31,692 nt of DNA from Zymomonas mobilis subsp. mobilis ATCC 10988. Its GTDB lineage: Bacteria > Pseudomonadota > Alphaproteobacteria > Sphingomonadales > Sphingomonadaceae. Shown piece after piece: positions 15,205-21,769 of the stretch. A program made the translations under genes and the position numbers. Position 1 is the stretch's first letter, and each line of letters starts with the position of its first letter. The DNA is taken from assembly GCF_000175255.2 (NCBI RefSeq), contig NC_017181.1:1-31692 (forward strand), read 5' to 3'. The notes below the pieces were generated by a model, which searched no databases, was not told the origin of the DNA, and worked only from the letters and a program-made list of their open reading frames with translations.

Positions 15205-17919
15205 TTAATTACCACCTATATTCAAGCTCTGATCAAACACTACAGCAATCCCTGGCATCGAACGATTGGCTGTCAGGCCAACGTCAAATATTTGTCGCAG
15301 TTCATAACGAAGCTTAAATTGACGACCCGATTTTTCTAAGAGATCAAATAAAATATTGTATGATCCATACTTCAAAAGCTTTTGAAAATTTTCGTCTATC
15401 ACCGTATTAAACACTAAATCCAAATCGGTTTCATTTTCAGGCTCGCTTATAGCCTCCTCTCGACTATGAGATGCCATGATGCAAGTCCCTGCAGACATCT
15501 CATCAAAGTAAAATCGCAAATCAAGGTCATTAATGGTTGCCCAACGATATTCAGCTCTCCGAGATCCACCATGGAGTATAGGGAGAAAAATATCATCACG
15601 CTGGAATAGTATTGCCTTGAGAGTTGATAAATCAATCGTTGATCCGTCAAAGTATCCTATAGGCAGCGTAAGGGGGTCACCCCCAGCCCAGTACACAGCT
15701 CGAGCAAGTTCCACCTTTTCTATAACTGAAAGTGCTCCGTTTATTCCGACTTGAGCCTGATTTGTAGCCCATTGAGCTAAAGACTTTGGCGATATGGAAA
15801 GTTGAGCTGCTCCTCGAGTCGCTATAGCCGCTTCACCTTCTATAATACCAATATAAGAGGGGACTTGGCTATTGCTGGAGTGCCCAGCTAATAATTTTGT
15901 CCTTACTGGATAGGTTAGACCTCCGACGCGGGCAAAAGACATCATCTCCGATCGTAAATGTCGTGAGTTCAACTGTATTGCTGCACGGCCAACTAAGCGA
16001 CCATCATCATTTTCAATAGGTGTAACAGCTTCTGAATATAGGGTCACATAGTCTGTCTCCGAATGATTTTGATCATTCGTCAAATCTTTTATGAATTCCT
16101 CAGAAGAACGCGAACTCCAATTAGCAGCGTGAGTAAAAGAACGACTGGCAACTTTGTCTACAAATTCAATTTCAACTGCACTAGATGCAGTAAGCCAGCG
16201 GAGATAACTGAATACGTCTGAATGGAATATCCCCGATAAAAAATTTGTCACTTTAGGATGTTTTAAAGTATTATTCTGGGGCAGAAAACCATTAATAGCA
16301 ACTTGATCTGTTACAGCAATCGAAATTCGGGTTGTATATATATCGCTCTGCTCAGATTCTGCCGCTTTTCTCAATATCGGCCGTCTTGTTAGACCGACAA
16401 ATTCTAGCGCCAATCCATTCCCAATGCCGTCCTTGTACCGTCGGGTAACTACTGTAACCTCGTCTCCAAGTAGAAATACCGAGAAAAATCCAATCCCGAA
16501 TTTTCCCGAAATATTTACAGATGCCACACTTATCTCTGGGTTCTCTTGAGCAACATCTTCCGACTTCCAGCCAGACCTGCCAAAATCCAAAAGCCGTCGA
16601 GTAAGTACGCGCTCTGACATACCGATTCCATTGTCTTCAACAATAAGTCTGAGTTGTCCCGTTTCACTTCGCTCCAGCGTGCACCGAATACGCGGAATAA
16701 AACCCTCCCGACCGATACTAGCTCTTAACAAAGTTGCATCTATAGCATTTTGAAGCAACTCCCGGAGCGGCGCATGATAACCATTACCATACAAATTTCG
16801 ACCGCCAAGTGTTTGCGCAAGACTAATAGGATCAGTAACTCGCACTTCGGCATCCACTGGCTCCCAACCGTCGCAATGAACATATTTCGCAAACAGTTTT
16901 GGTCTTTGTGTACCTTCTACTTTCTTTGCAAAAAATTCTTCTGTATCAGATTCTTTAAGTAAAGATGCTGCAGATTGCAGCTCATCTGAAATCATCCGGC
17001 AAGTATCGAAGCAGAGCCACCAAGCGTCGGCTTCAGATCTGCCAAAATCTCTTCCAGAATTGTATATAAGAGCTTGATCACCTCGAGACGGGATACCCAG
17101 TCTATTCTGAAACCCCCAGTGTAACGCTGAAACTCCTTTTGGAGAAGAGAGAATATAGTCCATAAGTGGAGCTCGACGATTATCAATATGTGCAGCATCG
17201 GCACAACGCAACAGTATAGCAATCTTAAGTTCGTTTAATTCCCATTCTGCAGGCAGACTTGGTGGTGGTGCGCGACGTGTCAAGAACTCATGGGCAAGGC
17301 GGTCTACATCCCAATGGTGGCTCTGCGCTATCCGCCCAATTATTTGACCATAATAATCGCGAAGCTCGGTATCTTCAATAATATAGATTACACTCGCAAT
17401 ATTAGGTCTACTCCATTCACGTTCAACCATCTTTACGGCCTGTTTTGCATGCAGCCCTCGGACCGTGGAAAATAAGGCTATGCGCTCGAATTGCCTTCTT
17501 TGATCTTTTGAAAGAGAATTTTTGTCTATTCGTGGCAAGGCTGTCATTTGCGCCATAGCACGTTGCCATTCTGCTGTCTTTTTTAGCCCGTCTAGACCAT
17601 CTTCATACGCAACCACAGCAAGGGCACTGTCATGGAATAAAACGCTGCATCCGAATATGAAGGCTTCTAACGGGTTCAAAGGATAATTATCACCCGCTAT
17701 GATATCCGCAAGTTGCCATAACGCGTCTAAATGACTTTCGTCATGAATTGTGAGGCCTTGACAATCAATATGAGCCTGCCGAACTATCGGCTTGATTCGG
17801 TCATGCGCCGTCTCAAAAGTACTCCTTAACGTCGCTAAAGCACTTTCTTCTCGGGGATTGCCCCCCGTCATACCAATCGTTCGTTTCCACAAGGTCGTTT
17901 CGTCGTATCTAATCGCCAT
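15205..17919 (-). CDS. HD-type phosphohydrolase-like domain fused to a GHKL (Hsp90/MORC/histidine-kinase-like) ATPase plus an unassigned C-terminal region
   Basis: About 904 aa. ATG at 17919 with GGAGA 7 nt upstream; the ORF track uses TTG at 17922. His/Asp motifs in the N-terminal ~250 aa: IHDESH, LFHDSA, GLHAKQ, SHHWD, CADAAHID. Bergerat-fold motifs: N-box LRELLQNAIDAT, G1 IVEDNGIGMS, G2 GKFGIGFFSVF. I recognise no family for residues ~500-905. Confidence 0.85.
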   Translation of the reverse strand: MAIRYDETTLWKRTIGMTGGNPREESALATLRSTFETAHDRIKPIVRQAHIDCQGLTIHDESHLDALWQLADIIAGDNYPLNPLEAFIFGCSVLFHDSALAVVAYEDGLDGLKKTAEWQRAMAQMTALPRIDKNSLSKDQRRQFERIALFSTVRGLHAKQAVKMVEREWSRPNIASVIYIIEDTELRDYYGQIIGRIAQSHHWDVDRLAHEFLTRRAPPPSLPAEWELNELKIAILLRCADAAHIDNRRAPLMDYILSSPKGVSALHWGFQNRLGIPSRGDQALIYNSGRDFGRSEADAWWLCFDTCRMISDELQSAASLLKESDTEEFFAKKVEGTQRPKLFAKYVHCDGWEPVDAEVRVTDPISLAQTLGGRNLYGNGYHAPLRELLQNAIDATLLRASIGREGFIPRIRCTLERSETGQLRLIVEDNGIGMSERVLTRRLLDFGRSGWKSEDVAQENPEISVASVNISGKFGIGFFSVFLLGDEVTVVTRRYKDGIGNGLALEFVGLTRRPILRKAAESEQSDIYTTRISIAVTDQVAINGFLPQNNTLKHPKVTNFLSGIFHSDVFSYLRWLTASSAVEIEFVDKVASRSFTHAANWSSRSSEEFIKDLTNDQNHSETDYVTLYSEAVTPIENDDGRLVGRAAIQLNSRHLRSEMMSFARVGGLTYPVRTKLLAGHSSNSQVPSYIGIIEGEAAIATRGAAQLSISPKSLAQWATNQAQVGINGALSVIEKVELARAVYWAGGDPLTLPIGYFDGSTIDLSTLKAILFQRDDIFLPILHGGSRRAEYRWATINDLDLRFYFDEMSAGTCIMASHSREEAISEPENETDLDLVFNTVIDENFQKLLKYGSYNILFDLLEKSGRQFKLRYELRQIFDVGLTANRSMPGIAVVFDQSLNIGGN

Positions 17920-18116
17920 CAATCTGTCTCCAAATTATAGCCTTTTAGCATGGAATCTCGTCCGAACGCAGCTTCAAAAACGATAGTTTTGCGCTAGCCA
18001 GATTGAATAATAAGGTCGGCAACGATATCTGTATTCTTAGGAATCAATGAGATAATTAGTTGAAATTCAACTCCAAGCTATCAAGCAGCCAGTCGTCAGT
18101 TTATCATCTCCAACAT

Positions 18117-18154
18117 AAAAAAATTGGCATATACTGCTCTTCTTTATGCCAATT
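18117..18154 (-). terminator. Terminator-like hairpin reading on the minus strand, upstream of the HD-GHKL gene
   Basis: AATTGGCATA (18122-18131) pairs with TATGCCAATT (18145-18154), with a 13-nt loop. On the minus strand the hairpin is followed by a T-run (A7 at 18117-23 on the plus strand, whose last two bases also belong to the stem). The stem is AT-rich, so strength is uncertain. Confidence 0.4.
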
Positions 18155-18243
18155 GTGAATTCTATAACGCAATGTTTCAAAACTCATAACCTGAGGCTAC
18201 GCCACTCGCATTCTACGAAAAATGATTTTGCCCTGTTTGGAGT

Positions 18244-18394
18244 GGTAATCCCACCCAAGCCCTCGGCGTAGAGGTGTCGCTTTTTATGCATTTTCTGATC
18301 TTATGCAGGACAGCCATAAATAACCTAGAATACGGCCTTAAGATAGCTTTATTCAATGAAATACGGCCGAAAATCTCTTATGCATATTTATGCA
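18244..18394. repeat. Non-coding module A: conserved leader (GGTAATCCCACCCAAGCCCTCGGCG...TGTCGCTTTTT) followed by TTATGCA x4 and (A)ATACGGCC x2
   Basis: TTATGCA at 18284, 18301, 18378 and 18388. ATACGGCC at 18330 and 18361. The first ~67 bp align at roughly 78% identity by hand with module B. Confidence 0.6.
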
Positions 18395-18955
18395 GCCTTG
18401 TCTATTGGTAGCTTCCCTTGTTTTCCTGTTAAAATACCCCTTGTTTCTCAAAAGCTATGTCCTCTTTTTTATCCTCGGGATTGGGCTTCAGTTAGCTATC
18501 GGCAGAGGAGTTAAAAAAGAGAGAGTGTGAGAAAAATAAGACCGGTATAATTATAGCAATCAGCTAGTAAGAAGGCTCAGGGAAATGCAATGGAATATAC
18601 AGGCTGGATAGAAGTTTGGATCTTTAACTGTTTGGTAAATCAGTCCTTCATTACAGAAGAAGATTCTCCATCATCCATTTTTAGTCAAGGCTTATGGACA
18701 GAAGATTGTAAGCCCAAAAAGCATTAGGATGTCTTCTCAGAGTAAAATATTTCCTCTTCTTGGTCCACTGGTCATATACCTTCTTTCTTGCTGTAGAGGG
18801 CTCTCTGGGCAGATAGCTTTTAGCTTTTGGAAAGGTATATCTCTTAACTATAGCCGATGAAATGGATCAATTCTTTTTAAAGAAGCAGTATCAAAACCCA
18901 TCAGTTGATATAAAAATATCAAGAGAGGTGTTTTTTTGTTATACTCTTAGCGTCC

Positions 18956-19130
18956 GGTTAACCCACCCTAGCCCCCGCGCTATACATGTCGCTTTTCTAC
19001 GCAATTTCTGATTCAACGCAAAATAAAAAATATCGCGTAAAATAGCCTTTAAAACACAAATTTTTTTACAAAAGTGCCTATTTTTACTGTTCGCAAATAA
19101 ACGCATGCTCAACGCATTTTGTAAAACGTA
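18956..19130. repeat. Non-coding module B: homolog of module A leader (GGTTAACCCACCCTAGCCCCCGCGC...TGTCGCTTTTC) followed by [T/A]ACGCA repeats
   Basis: TACGCA 18998-19003; AACGCA 19015-19020, 19100-19105 and 19111-19116; AAACGTA about 19125. TTTCTGAT is shared with module A. Lies immediately downstream of the decayed parG-like gene. Confidence 0.6.
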
Positions 19131-19165
19131 AAAAAGATGCCAAAAAATGCTTATTTTCTCAAAAC

Positions 19166-19397
19166 CTAGACGAACTTTTCGGCTAAAATTTCATGGACTA
19201 GAGTGATCATCATTTCCCTTCATCCATGGCCTGAAGTTTCAGCTTTCTATGAATGTCTGCAGGTATAGACAAAAACGATTTGTCTTTTCTGCGTTATCAT
19301 CAGCGTTCCACTTTGCGACCCACTAATCAACATCAGATGGCTTTTTAACGGCACGCGACGGGCACGTTAAGCTGATTGAAGATGCTGTTTTGGTCAT
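19166..19397 (-). pseudogene. Decayed ParG/RHH-like partition gene (multiple frameshifts/stops)
   Basis: The minus-strand ATG at 19397 overlaps the parA-fragment stop and gives MTKTASSISLTCPSRAVKKPSDVD*. Compare MSNNAFSIDLSRLKKQPK of the intact gene at 1377. Other frames give ...KSFLSIPADIHRKLKLQAMDEGK* and MMITLVHEILAEKFV*, together an RHH pattern broken by frameshifts. Confidence 0.45.
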
Positions 19398-19560
19398 AAT
19401 GAAGCCCCTAACTCAAGTAATTCATTTTTAATGGCTGTGATCTTATCGGCCACAAAATTACGTTTATCTGGATAATCGAATACCGACAGGCCATCCAATG
19501 CGCTCTCGGCAAAGCGGACACGCTGTGATAGCTGACTATTTAATAGAGGTAGCTGATGAC
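19394..19560 (-). pseudogene. 3' fragment of a second parA gene, truncated at the IS boundary
   Basis: The last ~55 codons of ORF 19394-19720 read LPLLNSQLSQRVRFAESALDGLSVFDYPDKRNFVADKITAIKNELLELG, a typical ParA C-terminus. Upstream of 19560 the ORF runs into IS sequence, and no N-terminal ParA part exists beyond the IS. Confidence 0.6.
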
Positions 19561-20177
19561 TAGGTTTTGTTGACAAAGGGTATAATTTAAGATTTTTAGA
19601 GATAAATTGAGAACAAGTTTTGTAGGGCAGACAGGATGCAAGGAGATCTGACGGACGCGGAATGGCAAATAATAGAGGGTCTTCTTCCAAGCGAACGAGG
19701 CCGTTGCGCACGTCCCGCAAAAAGCAATCGGTTATTTCTTAATGGTATGCTTTATGTACTTCGAACAGGCTGCCCGTGGCGAGATATGCATGAACGTTAT
19801 GGGAAATGGAATTCGGTCTATGTTCGATTTCGTAGGTAGGCGGAACAGGGTGTCTGGGATGCTCTTTTTGAAACCATAGTTGAGGGTGACTGAATAGATA
19901 GGACCATCATGTGCGCTTACAATCAAGCGGCTGGCGCAAAAGGGAGAATCTCAAGGAAGGCTTTGGTCGAAGCCGCGGTGGCTTTACGAGCAAGATCCAC
20001 GCCCGTTCCGATGGTCAGGGCTGGCCTCTAACTTTCGAACTAACAGGCAGTGAGGTCTCTATTATTCTGATGCCAATAGCTTGATAGAGATTCCTGCCGT
20101 AGCACTACGACGTTTTCTCACTTTTTTATCTCGCGGCTATAAAATGGTGGCTATCTTCTATGTGTTAACAGAACCTA
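19561..20177 (+). mobile_element. Defective IS5-family insertion sequence (IS427/IS1031-like) with nonsense, frameshift and internal deletion
   Basis: Terminal inverted repeats TAGGTTTTGTTGACAAA (19561-) and TGTGTTAACAGAACCTA (-20177), matching 14/17. Transposase N-terminus MQGDLTDAEWQIIEGLLPSERGR...NGMLYVLRTGCPWRDMHERYGKWNSVYVRFRR, then TAG where Trp is expected (19837-19839). A frameshifted GFGRSRGGFTSKIHARSDGQGWPLTFELTG follows. The DDE core is missing and a C-terminal FSLFYLAAIKWWL remnant remains. At 617 bp it is shorter than the roughly 0.8-0.9 kb I would expect for this IS group. Confidence 0.75.
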
Positions 20178-20374
20178 AGCTTCTGGATATTTTCCTAATT
20201 TATAGAAAATGCTGTCGTAGATTTTTAATTTGATATATTTTAAGGATTATCTTTAAAGTATCATATGGTTACAATATCATTTAAATATATATTTATTAAA
20301 TTAGATGCTTGTAATTATATAAAATACAATATTACTATTGCCGGAATAATATATAATTACAGGAATGGTATTCA

Positions 20375-21559
20375 GTGCCTTTTTCTTACTCTATATATAA
20401 AAAACTCCGTATTTTTGTAGGTATATCTTGCTGTTTTGTTGCGATTCCAGGATATACGGCTTTGGCGAAAATGAAACAAATGCCTGGTTTCGTAACGGCA
20501 TCGTCCTTTTTACCAAAAGCCTACAGCCTTCCGGGCGCAGGACGTTCCTTACGCATTACTTATCTTTCGACCAATGGCGTAACAGGGCAAGGTCTGGTGC
20601 CTGTCACAGCCGAAGTTATTTTACCCGCAGGGAAAGCACCGGCCGGAGGCTGGCCCATTGTCGCATGGGCTCATGGAACGGTGGGTGTCTCGAATAACTG
20701 CGCCCCATCGCGTAACCCTTGGTCGGAACGCAATAGCCGCTATCTGTCCGAATGGATGAAACGAGGCTTTGCGATTGTCGCAACCGATTATCAAGGTTTA
20801 GGAACGTCTCTCCCCCATCCTTATTTGAATACAAGGGCTGAGGCTTATGGTCTGTTGGATGCTGTAAGAGCGGCAATCTCTTCCGCAGCCCCTTTGGAAA
20901 ACAAAATAATGATTGTGGGGCAATCCCAAGGCGGAGGGGCGGCATTTGCTTCCGCAGCCTTTGCCCCCGAATATGCACCAGAATTGAATATTCGAGGCAT
21001 TGTGGCGACGGGCACCCCCTATATGACACCCGAACTTTTAAAACAGATTACAAAGCCATCAGACAATATGGCCTATAATCCAATGGTGGTATATTCTCTT
21101 TACCTCGCGCAAGGCTTTGCTGGCTATCATCCCAGTTTTAAGCCCAGTGAGATTTTTACAGCTCGGGCGATGCCTGCTTATCATGCTGCCGCCAAAATTT
21201 GTGTAGGGCCATTAGCCGCCAAGGTTAAAAAAGAAGGTCTGACTTTCGATAATTCTCTTAAACCCGATTTTTCTGAAAAAATTGCCCCCGCCTTAGCGGC
21301 AATGCAGTATCCGACGATGAAGCTTAAATACCCACTGTTCACTGGGACGGGTGAGCTTGACAAGGATGTGCCTCCAGCTTTGCAATTAGCTTTAGTGAAA
21401 GCGGCCTGCGCGGCAGGAACTACCGTTGAAGCGCATCTTTATAAAGGTTTAGATCATAGCCAGACCGTTAATGCGTCTCTGCCGGATTCGGCTGTGTTCA
21501 CAAATGCCGTTATGTCGGGAAAAATAATCACTTCTCAATGCGGGGCGGTTCCTCAGTAA
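20375..21559 (+). CDS. Secreted alpha/beta-hydrolase (lipase/esterase family)
   Basis: 394 aa with a GTG start. N-terminal signal peptide (KKLRIFVGISCCFVAIPGYTALA). Nucleophile elbow VGQSQGG (GxSxG). A C-terminal GLDHS supplies a candidate catalytic His. Confidence 0.78.
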   Translation: MPFSYSIYKKLRIFVGISCCFVAIPGYTALAKMKQMPGFVTASSFLPKAYSLPGAGRSLRITYLSTNGVTGQGLVPVTAEVILPAGKAPAGGWPIVAWAHGTVGVSNNCAPSRNPWSERNSRYLSEWMKRGFAIVATDYQGLGTSLPHPYLNTRAEAYGLLDAVRAAISSAAPLENKIMIVGQSQGGGAAFASAAFAPEYAPELNIRGIVATGTPYMTPELLKQITKPSDNMAYNPMVVYSLYLAQGFAGYHPSFKPSEIFTARAMPAYHAAAKICVGPLAAKVKKEGLTFDNSLKPDFSEKIAPALAAMQYPTMKLKYPLFTGTGELDKDVPPALQLALVKAACAAGTTVEAHLYKGLDHSQTVNASLPDSAVFTNAVMSGKIITSQCGAVPQ

Positions 21560-21725
21560 TTGAGACGGATTTTTCTGAATATATCGGAATTAGGGGATTT
21601 GCGATTAGATTAGAAATAGAAAAGAGCCGTATAACGCCAGGGCTTAAAGTAAGTGATACGCTATGTCAGGTCATTCGAAATCGCTCAATTTTTCTGCCTT
21701 TTCCGATAGTTTAATCATCGTCTGT

Positions 21726-21759
21726 AAGGATAGGATAGCATCAGTGCCATCCTATCCTT
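21726..21759. terminator. 11-bp-stem hairpin between convergent genes (possible bidirectional terminator)
   Basis: AAGGATAGGAT (21726-21736) pairs with ATCCTATCCTT (21749-21759), with a 12-nt loop. No clear U-tract on either strand. Confidence 0.4.
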
Positions 21760-21769
21760 GATTGGTGGA

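Noticed and set aside
18284-18394. TTATGCA repeats considered as a CRISPR array, type III toxI-like tandem repeats, or a dif/Xer site
   Set aside because: The repeats are 7 nt long and irregularly spaced (17, 77 and 10 bp), so they are not repeat-spacer units or tandem ~36-nt units. The best dif-like alignment (GCATAA-N6-…) lacks a XerD arm.
18590-18860. Two adjacent small plus-strand ORFs (45 aa at 18590-18727; hydrophobic 43 aa at 18729-18860: MSSQSKIFPLLGPLVIYLLSCC…)
   Set aside because: They are short, have weak or absent Shine-Dalgarno sequences, and show no recognisable family. They could be small membrane peptides, but the sequence alone cannot support a call.
19394-19720. 108-aa ORF as an intact gene
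   Set aside because: It is chimeric. Only the C-terminal ~55 aa are ParA-like, and the N-terminal half is read from the antisense strand of the IS left end.
20428-21363. Alternate-frame and antisense ORFs inside the hydrolase gene (20428-20697, 20616-21029, 21181-21363)
   Set aside because: They overlap a gene that has a signal peptide and a GxSxG motif, and they lack features of their own.
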